Positions 36,588-45,716 of a stretch of 61,026 nt of DNA are shown here, piece by piece. The notes beneath the pieces are model-generated. The model worked only from the letters and a program-made list of their open reading frames with translations, made no database searches and had not been told where the DNA came from. A program made the position numbers and the translations under genes. Source of the DNA: a virus (lineage: Duplodnaviria; Caudoviricetes); IMG/VR virus record IMGVR_UViG_3300048592_001388, positions 1 to 61,026 of that record. One strand, 5' to 3'. Position 1 is the first letter of the stretch. Every line of letters begins with the position of its first letter.

Positions 36588-37927
36588 TGCCCGGACAGCT
36601 CTTGCGCCTCAGCGACCGCCTGCTCAACACGCCGCTCCTAATCCACCCGGCCAAGGCCCAGATCATTCTCGGCGCCCTGAGCGGGAGAATCGACATCGAT
36701 GCCCAACTCTTCTCTCTGGATGAGACAGCCGAATCACCCGATGCGAATCGCTTCACCGGCTCGTCGCGCCGCGCCGACGGCAGCTCGTCCATGTCACGCA
36801 CCGCCGATGGCGTCGCCATCATTCCGGTGCTCGACACGCTGGTGAATCGCGGTGCGTGGCTCGACAGCCGGTCGGGCCTCACCAGCTACGAGGGGATCGC
36901 GGCCCAGCTTCGCGCGGCAGGGCAAGATCCGGAGGTACGGTCGGTCCTGCTCGACATCTCCTCGCCCGGCGGTGAAGCCGCCGGCATGGCAGGTCTGGCG
37001 GATCTGATCCGTTCGGTTCGCCAGACCAAGCCTGTCACCGCCTTCGTCAACGACATGGCGGCCTCTGCTGCCTATGGCATCGCCAGCGCCGCCAGCGAAA
37101 TCGTCATCTCGCCCACATCCATTGTCGGATCCATCGGCGTCGTCATGCTGCACGCCGACCGCTCGGGCGAACTCGCCGCACAAGGCGTGAAGCCGACCCT
37201 CATCTTCGCCGGGAGCCACAAGGTCGACGGCAACCCGTTCGAGCCACTGTCGGATGCCGTGCGCGCCGACCTGCAGGCCAGCGTCGATGCCCACTACCGC
37301 CAGTTCCTCGACACGGTTGCCGCGGGCCGCGGACGGAAACTCACCGCCGACATGGCGCGCGCCACCGAGGCCCGCACCTTCATCGGTGCGGAAGCCCTCA
37401 CGCTGGGCCTCGCCGACCGTATCGCCAGCTTCGATGAGCTGCTGGCCTCACTCTCACAAACCACCCGCCCGTCCGGGCGCAATGCTCGCAAAGGAGGGAT
37501 ATCCATGAGCACAGAAGACATTGCCGCAGCTGCGGGAGCAACCCCGGCAGCACCGATTGCACCGGCACAGCCCGCGCGGCTGGACGCGCTGGCACCGCAG
37601 TCTGCTGCGAGGCTGGACGAGGCAGTTGCTGCCGCCCGCCTGGAAGAGCGCGCCCGCATCCGCGCCATCGTCAACTGCGAGGCCGCCGAAGGCCGCGAGA
37701 AGCAGGCTCTGATGCTGGCAACTGAGACGGCACTCTCTGTTTCCGAGGCGGAGAAGATCCTCACTGCCTCGCCCAAGGAGTCCCGTGTCGAGGCGCTCGC
37801 CCACCGTGCGGCTACAGGCCCTGAGTTCGGCTCGAGCGGTGACGACCGTCCCAATCCCGCTGCCCGCACAGAAGAGGGCTGGAAGCGCGCCATCGCCAAC
37901 GCCAACCGCCGCTTCGCCCGTTCTTGA
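36587..37927 (+). CDS. S49 capsid maturation protease with C-terminal scaffold
   Basis: DISSPGGE, AASAAYGIAS, VGSIGV; Ala-rich C-terminus with ERARI. Confidence 0.9.
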   Translation: MPGQLLRLSDRLLNTPLLIHPAKAQIILGALSGRIDIDAQLFSLDETAESPDANRFTGSSRRADGSSSMSRTADGVAIIPVLDTLVNRGAWLDSRSGLTSYEGIAAQLRAAGQDPEVRSVLLDISSPGGEAAGMAGLADLIRSVRQTKPVTAFVNDMAASAAYGIASAASEIVISPTSIVGSIGVVMLHADRSGELAAQGVKPTLIFAGSHKVDGNPFEPLSDAVRADLQASVDAHYRQFLDTVAAGRGRKLTADMARATEARTFIGAEALTLGLADRIASFDELLASLSQTTRPSGRNARKGGISMSTEDIAAAAGATPAAPIAPAQPARLDALAPQSAARLDEAVAAARLEERARIRAIVNCEAAEGREKQALMLATETALSVSEAEKILTASPKESRVEALAHRAATGPEFGSSGDDRPNPAARTEEGWKRAIANANRRFARS

Positions 37928-37941
37928 GAGGAGAATCAGAC

Positions 37942-38313
37942 ATGACCGTTCTCGTGGAAACCCGGCATCCGGGGGAGTTCATCCTCTCGGAAGCCAACGG
38001 CCAGCGCTCGCGCGAGGCCATTACCATTGCGTCAGGTGCCGGCATCATTGCCGCCGGCACCGTCCTCGGCAAGATCACCGCCAGCGGAAAATACGTCGCC
38101 AGCGCAGCGGGAGCGACCGACGGCAGCGAAACCCCTGCCGCCATCGCCATCTACGGTGCCGATGCCACCATCGCGGATGTGACCGTCTCGGCCATCGTCC
38201 GCGACGCCGAGGTGAACGGCACCTGCCTCACCTACCACGCCGACCGTGACCAACCTGCCGAGAAGGCTGCTGCGAATACGGCCCTCGCCACCCTCGGCGT
38301 CATCGTGCGCTGA
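37942..38313 (+). CDS. Head decoration protein
   Basis: EFILSEANGQRSRE, AGTVLGKIT, DGSE, RDAEV. Confidence 0.85.
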   Translation: MTVLVETRHPGEFILSEANGQRSREAITIASGAGIIAAGTVLGKITASGKYVASAAGATDGSETPAAIAIYGADATIADVTVSAIVRDAEVNGTCLTYHADRDQPAEKAAANTALATLGVIVR

Positions 38314-38330
38314 TCCCGGAGACAATACAC

Positions 38331-39362
38331 ATGTCCATTCTCAACATCTTCACCCAGGACGCCTTCAGCGTCATGCGCCTCACGGACGCGTTGCGCGAGA
38401 TCTCCTATGTCCCCTCGGCCATCGGCCAGATGGGCCTCTTCCAGACGGTGAGCATCGACACGCTCGACATCGCCATCGAGAAGGACAAGGCCCAGAACGG
38501 CATGCTGATCCAGGCAAGCCCCCGCGGCGGTCCCGGCCAGACCTTCGGCAAGGGCAAGCGCTCCATGCGCACCCTGAGGGTCCCCCACTTCCAGGTGGAT
38601 GACGCCATCAATGCGGACGAGGTCCAGCAGGTAAGGGTCTTCGGCGAGGAGGTCGCCGTGGAGCGCCTGCAGTCGAAGATTGCCGAGCGCGCGGCGGAGG
38701 CCTCCCAGTTCTTCGCCCTGACGGAGGAGTACCACCGCATCAACATCCTCAAGACCGGCCGTCTTCTCGACGCCGACGGGGCGGTGCTGTTCGACTACTT
38801 CACCGAGTTTGGCGAGACCCCTGCCGCCGAGATCGACTTCGACCTCGACAATGCGACGCCGCCTGAGGGCGGACTCCGCAAGAAGTGCGCTGGCGTCATC
38901 CGCCAGATGGCAGCGACCCTCGACGGCATTCCCTATACTGGCGTCATGGCGCTGTGTGGGGATACCTTCTTCGACGACCTCATCGCCCACAAGGAGGTCC
39001 GCGACACCTACAAGGGCTATGCCGATGCGGCGAGCCTGAGGGGCGCCTACATCAACCCCGGTGCCGGCGGCCTTCACGGCTCCTTCGACTTCGGCGGCAT
39101 CACCTGGGCCAACTACCGGGGCGGCGGCAGTGTCGGGATCGACACCAACAAGTGCCATCTCCTCCCCATGGGCGTGCCTGGTCTGTTCCGCACCGTCTAT
39201 GGCCCGGCCGACTACATCGAGACGGTGAACACGCCAGGGCAGCGACTCTACGGCAAGCAGTGGGAGATGATGAACGGCAAGGGCGTCAATCTGGAGTTCC
39301 AGATGAACGCGCTCCATTACTGCACCCGCCCGCGCGTGCTGATCCCCGGCAAGCGAACCTGA
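38331..39362 (+). CDS. Major capsid protein, lambda GpE family
   Basis: 343 aa; F..DAFS..LT, SPRGG, TEEYHR, YGPAD, N.L..CTRP; follows the decoration gene. Confidence 0.9.
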   Translation: MSILNIFTQDAFSVMRLTDALREISYVPSAIGQMGLFQTVSIDTLDIAIEKDKAQNGMLIQASPRGGPGQTFGKGKRSMRTLRVPHFQVDDAINADEVQQVRVFGEEVAVERLQSKIAERAAEASQFFALTEEYHRINILKTGRLLDADGAVLFDYFTEFGETPAAEIDFDLDNATPPEGGLRKKCAGVIRQMAATLDGIPYTGVMALCGDTFFDDLIAHKEVRDTYKGYADAASLRGAYINPGAGGLHGSFDFGGITWANYRGGGSVGIDTNKCHLLPMGVPGLFRTVYGPADYIETVNTPGQRLYGKQWEMMNGKGVNLEFQMNALHYCTRPRVLIPGKRT

Positions 39363-39375
39363 GTCGGGCGCGTTC

Positions 39376-39792
39376 ATGACCTCGGTCTTTGACGCCCTCG
39401 ATGCGCTGGCGTCTGACGCGGCAATCGAGGGGTTCGGTGAAGAGGCCGTGCTGACTCCGCGCCGAGGCAATCAATATGTCGAGGCCGCCGCCGACGCAGA
39501 TCGTATGGCGGTGAAGGTCAGGGGCATCTTCTCGGCCCTGGCCGCGTCCTCCGATCTCCGGGGGCAAAGCCGGGGTGGGGAGTTCACCGGAACGACGCGC
39601 GTCGTCTCCGAGCAGACAGCCTTCTGGATTGCCGCCGCGCAGGTTGCGGATCTTGGGTTCCGGCCCGCCAGGGGTGATCAGATCAAACTGCCGGAGCGAT
39701 GCGGAAGCCCGAGCTACGCCATTTCCGCCATTCATCCGACCAGCATGGGCGATCTCAACCTTCTTCTCGTCCGGGAGGATGTTGCGGTGTGA
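39376..39792 (+). CDS. Head-tail joining protein (FII-like)
   Basis: Position after the capsid gene; FGEEA and P..GD.I motifs. Confidence 0.6.
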   Translation: MTSVFDALDALASDAAIEGFGEEAVLTPRRGNQYVEAAADADRMAVKVRGIFSALAASSDLRGQSRGGEFTGTTRVVSEQTAFWIAAAQVADLGFRPARGDQIKLPERCGSPSYAISAIHPTSMGDLNLLLVREDVAV

Positions 39793-39839
39793 GTGTTCGC
39801 GTTCCGCAGCGAAACATTGCGGGGGGCGATTGCGGGGGA

Positions 39840-39911
39840 GGGGCATGTTCCTGTCTGGAACATGCCCCGATCATGGCGTCGATCGGAAAACCTTCCAGTC
39901 TGGAAGGTTTT
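39840..39911. repeat. Cluster of perfect inverted repeats
   Basis: GGGGCATGTTCC-N5-GGAACATGCCCC (39840-39868), CCGATC-N8-GATCGG (39867-39886), AAAACCTTCCAG-T-CTGGAAGGTTTT (39887-39911). Confidence 0.85.
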
Positions 39912-39932
39912 TGGCATTGAAGGAGTCTCTGC

Positions 39933-40733
39933 ATGAGCCTCGCCCGTCTTGCCATGCGCATCGCTGCCGCCCGTGCGCTTCGCGGTGCGACGCTGGCGGA
40001 GGGGCGCGTCCATGATAGCGCCATCGCGCCCATCGATCAGACCATTGCTGAGGAGCGCCAGCCCATCCTGATCGTCACCACTGACGATCACGAGATGGAT
40101 GTGACGGGGCGGGACCTGTTCCACGGGAATGTTTCCTGCGACCTTGTCATCGAGGCCGCCATTGCAGCGCGGGTCGAGATCGCGGGTGAGGAAAGCGTCA
40201 TCACCATCCCGCATACGGACGAGGGAATGGAGCTTGCCCTGGATCTCATGGAGCATCAGGTCATGGCGGCGCTCATCCGAGAGCGTACACCATGGTCGCG
40301 CGTCTGGATGAAGCTTGTGCCGCGTATCTCGCGGCGTCTGTCGCGGCGCGGCGCCTCGGTCGAGAAGGGTGTGCGCTTTGCCGCAAGGCAGATTGTCCTC
40401 ACCTGCGATCTGATCGAGGCCCCCACCGATGGCACTCCTATTGGTGAGGGCACGGCGTGGGCGGAACTGCTCACCGTTATGGAGGCCGACGCCGATCTGG
40501 CGCCGATTGCGCAGATGCTGCGATCGGAGATCGAAGGTACTCCTCTTGCCGACTGGCGGCGCGCCGCGAACATGCTGGGCATCCATCTGGAACCCGCAGA
40601 CGCAATTGGCCTCGGGCCTGTGCTCGATTTATCGGAAGACCCGCAGACATTCGAGGAGGCCGAGATCGCGGGCGGCCCCGATCCTGTAATTGTCAACCAC
40701 CACACCGCGCTGGCCCGCATCGCCGATGCGTGA
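39933..40733 (+). CDS. Hypothetical virion protein (neck/tail terminator position)
   Basis: 266 aa with RBS AAGGAG, between head joining and baseplate V genes. Confidence 0.65.
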   Translation: MSLARLAMRIAAARALRGATLAEGRVHDSAIAPIDQTIAEERQPILIVTTDDHEMDVTGRDLFHGNVSCDLVIEAAIAARVEIAGEESVITIPHTDEGMELALDLMEHQVMAALIRERTPWSRVWMKLVPRISRRLSRRGASVEKGVRFAARQIVLTCDLIEAPTDGTPIGEGTAWAELLTVMEADADLAPIAQMLRSEIEGTPLADWRRAANMLGIHLEPADAIGLGPVLDLSEDPQTFEEAEIAGGPDPVIVNHHTALARIADA

Positions 40734-41304
40734 GGTCGTGGAGCTTGCTGCCCGCATCGCTGAACTCGAGCGCCGCTTTTCGGGCGTCATGCGTCACGGG
40801 ACGGTCGAGGAGGTCGATGCCGGCAAGCAGCGAATCAGGATCAACTTCGGGAAGGACATCGACGGCAATCCCTTCCTGTCGCCCTGGGTGCCCTACGCCC
40901 AGATTGCAGGTGCGTTGAAGGTTCACACGCCGCCTTCGAAGGGCCAGCAGTTCACGGCCTTGTCGCCCAACGGCGACTGGCAGCAGGCCGTGGCGCTGCC
41001 GATGACCTGGAGCGACCAGAACACGTCACCGTCATCGAAGGGTGATGAGAACGTCCTCACCTACGGAAACGTCAGCGCAACCATCAAGGACGGCCTCTGT
41101 GAGGTCGTTGTTGGCGCCGCCACCTTGAAGATCACGTCCGCCGCCGTGACGATCAAGGTTGGCGGCGTCAACGTTGAAGTGAGTGCCGCCGGCGTTGTCA
41201 TCACCGGAGGTGAGGTCACGCACGATGGCAAGAATATCGGCTCCACCCATATCCACGGCGGCGTGGTACCCGGCGGCGGTCTGACCGACGTGCCGGCCAA
41301 CTGA
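40726..41304 (+). CDS. Baseplate spike protein GpV
   Basis: OB fold (GTVEEVD, SPW, PSKGQQ), beta-helix repeats, C-terminal HxH (THIHGGV). Confidence 0.9.
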   Translation: MREVVELAARIAELERRFSGVMRHGTVEEVDAGKQRIRINFGKDIDGNPFLSPWVPYAQIAGALKVHTPPSKGQQFTALSPNGDWQQAVALPMTWSDQNTSPSSKGDENVLTYGNVSATIKDGLCEVVVGAATLKITSAAVTIKVGGVNVEVSAAGVVITGGEVTHDGKNIGSTHIHGGVVPGGGLTDVPAN

Positions 41305-41325
41305 ACTCCAGCAAAGGATTGACAG

Positions 41326-41607
41326 ATGCCACGCTACGCCATCACCGAGAGGGCGGGCCCCTTCGTCGCGGCCCATCGCAACACCGGGGTAGGGACCGTT
41401 CTTGATCTCACCGAGCGCCAGGCCGGGCATGAGTTGCGGATAGGCACGCTGGTCCGGTTGCCCGAGCCTGATCAGAGCGCCACCGGCAAACCAGATGTCG
41501 CGCCCGTCATTGTCGCGGCTCCGACTGAACTCCCGACCACGCCGGTCAGTGAGCAGAAAACCGATGCAGTGGCGCCGTCGCGCAAGCCCAGGCGGTCCGC
41601 CACTTGA
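41326..41607 (+). CDS. Hypothetical protein
   Basis: 93 aa, RBS AAGGA; folded N-terminal half and low-complexity tail. Confidence 0.6.
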   Translation: MPRYAITERAGPFVAAHRNTGVGTVLDLTERQAGHELRIGTLVRLPEPDQSATGKPDVAPVIVAAPTELPTTPVSEQKTDAVAPSRKPRRSAT

Positions 41608-43166
41608 GCCTGAGCTATCTTTCCGTCTGCTCAGGCATCGAAGCAGCGACGGTCGCCTGGCATCCGCTGGGCTTCCGTCCGCTGGCCTTCTCCGAGATCG
41701 AGCCTTTCGCACGGGCGGTGCTCACCCATCACTATCCTGATGTGCCGCTGCATGGCGATTTCACGCTGCTGCGCGACGAGGACTGGATCGCTGGGGCCGA
41801 CATCCTGGTGGGCGGAACGCCATGCCAGGGATTTTCGATCGCAGGCCTGCGCCGCTCTCTTGATGACGCCCGTGGAAACCTCACCCTCGAGTTTTTGAGG
41901 CTTGCCGATGCCATTGATGAACGCCGCGACCGAGAAGGCCTCCCACCATGCATCGTTGTCTGGGAGAACGTCCCCGGCGTGCTCTCGGTCCGCGATAATG
42001 CCTTCGGCTGCTTCCTCTCGGGGTTATCTGGAGAGGACACCCCCTTCGTTCCGCCACGGGGCAAATGGACGAACGCGGGTGTGGCTCTTGGACCCGCGCG
42101 CGCAGTCGCGTGGCGGATCCTCGACGCCCAATTCTTCGGACTGGCCCAACGGCGCCGTCGTGTGTTCGTTGTCGCAAGTGCTCGAGAGGGGTTCGATCCC
42201 GCGGCGATTCTTCTTGAGTTCGAAGGCCTGCGCCGGGATTCTCCGCCGCGCCGAGAAGCGTGGCAAGACCTTGCCGCCGATGTTGCATCAGGCGCTGACG
42301 AGCGTCGCAGCCACTGGGACGGCGTAGAACATCCGCATCCCACGCTGAACCAGTCGTTCAACACCGGCGCCATCGGCTACAGCAATCAGGAACTGTTCAG
42401 CCAGCGAGGCGCGGGACTCGTTGGTGAGGCTTCGACGGGAGAGATCAGCCACTGCCTGAACGCCGGCGGCATGGGACGGCAGGATTACGAAACCGAGACG
42501 CTGGTCACACACGCGCTCCGCGGTGAAGGCTTCGATGCGTCGGAGGATGGCACGGGCAGAGGCACCCCACTGGTTCCGGTGGCCTTCTCGGCCAAGGATC
42601 ACGGCGCCGACGCCACGGAAGACCTTTCGCCCACGCTCAGGGCCATGCCGCATGATGCGAGCCATGCCAATGGCGGCGGCCAGATGGCGGTTGCCGTGCC
42701 TCTGCTGGAAGTCGGCAAGCGCACCGGACCGTCGTCGACCGATGACATGCGGGCCGGGCTCGGCATCGGCGAGGATGGCGACCCCATGTTCACCCTGCAG
42801 GCCGGGGCGCAGCACGGAGTCGCGGCCTATGCCTTCCAGGCAAGGATTGCCCGCAACGGGCGCGGCGACATGGGCGACCTCGTCAATGCCCTCACCATGT
42901 CCGGCGAGACGGGGAAGGGCGATACCGCGCCCTGCGTTGCGTTGCCAATGATGGTGCGTCGCTTGACGTGCGAAGAGGCGGAATCCCTGCAAGGCTTTCC
43001 GCGAGGATATACGCGCATTCCTTGGAAGAAGAGGTCCGCCGAAGACTGCCCCGACGGACCCCGTTACCGCGCGCTCGGCAATTCCATGGCGGTGAACGTC
43101 ATGGGCTGGATCGGAGAGCGCATCAGGGCGATGGTTGAGAACGGGAAAGACGGAGTGGAGCCATGA
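41604..43166 (+). CDS. DNA (cytosine-5) methyltransferase
   Basis: Motifs SVCSGIEA, GTPCQ, WENV, QRRRRVF, RRLT..E..LQGFP, LGNS; long variable region. Confidence 0.92.
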   Translation: MSLSYLSVCSGIEAATVAWHPLGFRPLAFSEIEPFARAVLTHHYPDVPLHGDFTLLRDEDWIAGADILVGGTPCQGFSIAGLRRSLDDARGNLTLEFLRLADAIDERRDREGLPPCIVVWENVPGVLSVRDNAFGCFLSGLSGEDTPFVPPRGKWTNAGVALGPARAVAWRILDAQFFGLAQRRRRVFVVASAREGFDPAAILLEFEGLRRDSPPRREAWQDLAADVASGADERRSHWDGVEHPHPTLNQSFNTGAIGYSNQELFSQRGAGLVGEASTGEISHCLNAGGMGRQDYETETLVTHALRGEGFDASEDGTGRGTPLVPVAFSAKDHGADATEDLSPTLRAMPHDASHANGGGQMAVAVPLLEVGKRTGPSSTDDMRAGLGIGEDGDPMFTLQAGAQHGVAAYAFQARIARNGRGDMGDLVNALTMSGETGKGDTAPCVALPMMVRRLTCEEAESLQGFPRGYTRIPWKKRSAEDCPDGPRYRALGNSMAVNVMGWIGERIRAMVENGKDGVEP

Positions 43167-43585
43167 GCACCAATCTCCGCGACCCCTCCGTTGGCCTCAA
43201 TGCGGCGACCGGCGGCATCCTGACCGGCTGGGACCATGTGGTCCAGTCGCTTCGGGACATATTCGACACGCGCTTCGGCTCGCGCATCATGCGCGAGTGG
43301 TACGGGTCCTTCGTGCCGAACCTTCTGGGGCGTCTCATCACGCCCGACGAGGTGGTTCCCTACTTCGCGGCGATCACCTCGGCCATCGAGCAGTGGGAGC
43401 CGCGCTTCCGGGTGACAAGAATCGAGGCGGTGAAGGTGACGCGGGATGGGCAGTTGCATGTGTTTCTCGAGGGCGAGTACCGGCCTCGCGCCGTCTACGG
43501 CGACTTTACCGCTGCGGGCGCCAGGCGGCTTGACGCCTATGCCAATCCGGACGGCCTGCTGATCGAGAAGAGGCTGTCGGCATGA
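43163..43585 (+). CDS. Baseplate GPW/gp25 family protein
   Basis: HVVQSL.DI..T..GSRIMR..YGS, AIEQWEPR. Confidence 0.9.
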   Translation: MSTNLRDPSVGLNAATGGILTGWDHVVQSLRDIFDTRFGSRIMREWYGSFVPNLLGRLITPDEVVPYFAAITSAIEQWEPRFRVTRIEAVKVTRDGQLHVFLEGEYRPRAVYGDFTAAGARRLDAYANPDGLLIEKRLSA

Positions 43586-44442
43586 GTCGCTTCACCGCCA
43601 TCGACCTCTCGGGCCTCGCACCGCCCGACATCATCGAGACGCTGGATTACGAGCAGATCGTCAGCGCGATGCGGGACGACCTCGTCGAGCGCTTTCCGCT
43701 CATCGCGGGCGTGATCGACCTCGAGAGCGAGCCCGCCCGCAAGCTGATCGAGGCCTTCGCCTACCGCGAGCTTCGTCTCCGGGCCCGCATCAACGATGCG
43801 GCACGGGCCGTCCTGCTGGCCTCGTCCTGGGGCACCAACCTCGATCATCTGGGCGCGCTCTTCGCCACCGCCCGGCAGGCGGGCGAGGATGACAAGAGGT
43901 TCCGCCGCCGCATCCAGCTGGCGCCCGAGGCCTTCTCGGTCGCAGGTCCCGAGGGCGCCTATCAGTATCATGCGCTGACCGTGGCGCCCTGGGCCCGCGA
44001 TGTCTCGGCGGTGGCGCGCCGCCCCGGCGTGGTGCGTGTCACGGTGCTGAAGGAAGGTCCCGACCCTGTGCCTGCGCTCGCCGAGCGCGAGGCGGTCCGG
44101 CTCCACCTCAAGGACGAGGCCATCCGCCCGCTCACCGATGTGGTGGAGGTGCTGGCACCCGTCATCCGCCGCACCCGGATCGTGGCGAAGCTGACACTCT
44201 ATCCCGGCCCCGATGGCGAGCTGGTGCGGCAGCGCGTGCTCGCCGCCGTCACCGCATGGGTGGAGAGGAACCGCATGCTCGGCATGAACCTCCGCCGCTC
44301 GGCGCTCTACGCGGCGTTGCATCAGGAGGGTGTGCATTCGGTCGACCTCGTCTCTCCGGCAGAGGATCTCGTGCTCGACGTCACCGAGGTCTACTCGGTG
44401 GACGCCATCGAGGTGAGCGTGAGTTCCAACCGCGATGAGTGA
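43582..44442 (+). CDS. Baseplate J protein
   Basis: IDLS.L.PP.IIE.LDYE, FSVAGPEGAY, IRPLTD. Confidence 0.92.
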   Translation: MSRFTAIDLSGLAPPDIIETLDYEQIVSAMRDDLVERFPLIAGVIDLESEPARKLIEAFAYRELRLRARINDAARAVLLASSWGTNLDHLGALFATARQAGEDDKRFRRRIQLAPEAFSVAGPEGAYQYHALTVAPWARDVSAVARRPGVVRVTVLKEGPDPVPALAEREAVRLHLKDEAIRPLTDVVEVLAPVIRRTRIVAKLTLYPGPDGELVRQRVLAAVTAWVERNRMLGMNLRRSALYAALHQEGVHSVDLVSPAEDLVLDVTEVYSVDAIEVSVSSNRDE

Positions 44443-45703
44443 CGCCATGACCCGGCAGACGCTGCTGTCGCCGAACCACACGCCCTTCGAGGAAGCTTTC
44501 GACCTCACGGGCGCGCGCATCGATGAGCTTCCCGTCGATGTGCGCAAACTGGTGCGGCCTAGGAATATCCCGTCCTCGCACCTGCCGTGGCTGGCATGGG
44601 GCCTCTCGGTCGATCTGTGGGAACCGGAGTGGTCAGAGGAGAAGCATCGCTCGTTGGCGGCCCGTGCGCTGCCGATGCATGCCCGGAAAGGGACGCAGGC
44701 GTCGATTGCGGAGCATATCCGCATCATGGGTGCCGAGCCCCGCCGCTTCATCGTGCCGCCGGCCAAGACTTATCTGATGGAAGGCTTCACGGAGGAAGAG
44801 CGGCAGGCCTTCCTCGCGCGCTTTCCGCAGCTCCGCATCTATCCCTTCGTCGCGCGGGGCACGTACCGCTTTGCGCACTTCACATCGGGGGCATTCGGCA
44901 GAGCGAAGGCGTTTCTGGACGCCTGCTGCATCAAGGACGTGGGAGCATGGTCACGCTACATCCGCACGGCGAGGCTGTGGGACCGCGGCGAGGAAGCGAC
45001 GCTCACCATTCGCGCCGTGACGCCCGAAGGTATCGGAAGGTTCCACGCCGCCGAATTCGACGAGGTGGTGCTGGGCGCAAAGCCGACGAGGGCATTGCAT
45101 CTCGATGCGCAGCCGAAGGCGAGGGCGTTTCTGGTAGACGATTTCGGGGTGGCGCAGCGGCTGATTCGTATTCCGCGCGATACCAGCTATTCCTATCGTC
45201 TTGGCCGCGAGACCTACACCACCGCGTGGCCCAACGCTGACCTCGTCGATGTGCGCCCGCAAATCGTGGCCGAGCGACACGAGGGACAGCCTGGTACCCT
45301 CTACGCAACACGCCGGCAGTTCATCTCTGGCAAGCACCTGCCGCCGTCCATCGCGTGGCAGTACATTTACGAGCGCTGGCACATCCACGATCCAGACCGC
45401 ACGCCGGATGTACGATTGCGCTCGACACACCTCGGCTTCACGCGGCTCGGCATGCCGCCTTATCACGCCGAGATTCGCACCAGGATCTCAGGCACACAGG
45501 CCCCGCGCACCGCAGGTCTCTTCGTCACCGGTCACCTGATGACCGGCAACCGCAAACCCATCTCAGCCGTCCGCGAGGCGGTGCGCGTCTCGAAGTCGCT
45601 GCGGGACCGGATCCTGCTCGACACAAAGACATACCGATTCCCGCGCGTTGGCGACCGGCTCAAGGCCGGAACCGTGACGCTCGGACGCTTCATCGCGGCA
45701 TAG
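44435..45703 (+). CDS. Tail protein I (P2 GpI-like) with long C-terminal extension
   Basis: LPWLAWGLSVD.W..HARKGT in the N-terminal part; 422 aa. Confidence 0.82.
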   Translation: MSDAMTRQTLLSPNHTPFEEAFDLTGARIDELPVDVRKLVRPRNIPSSHLPWLAWGLSVDLWEPEWSEEKHRSLAARALPMHARKGTQASIAEHIRIMGAEPRRFIVPPAKTYLMEGFTEEERQAFLARFPQLRIYPFVARGTYRFAHFTSGAFGRAKAFLDACCIKDVGAWSRYIRTARLWDRGEEATLTIRAVTPEGIGRFHAAEFDEVVLGAKPTRALHLDAQPKARAFLVDDFGVAQRLIRIPRDTSYSYRLGRETYTTAWPNADLVDVRPQIVAERHEGQPGTLYATRRQFISGKHLPPSIAWQYIYERWHIHDPDRTPDVRLRSTHLGFTRLGMPPYHAEIRTRISGTQAPRTAGLFVTGHLMTGNRKPISAVREAVRVSKSLRDRILLDTKTYRFPRVGDRLKAGTVTLGRFIAA

Positions 45704-45716
45704 AAGGACCAGGCAC

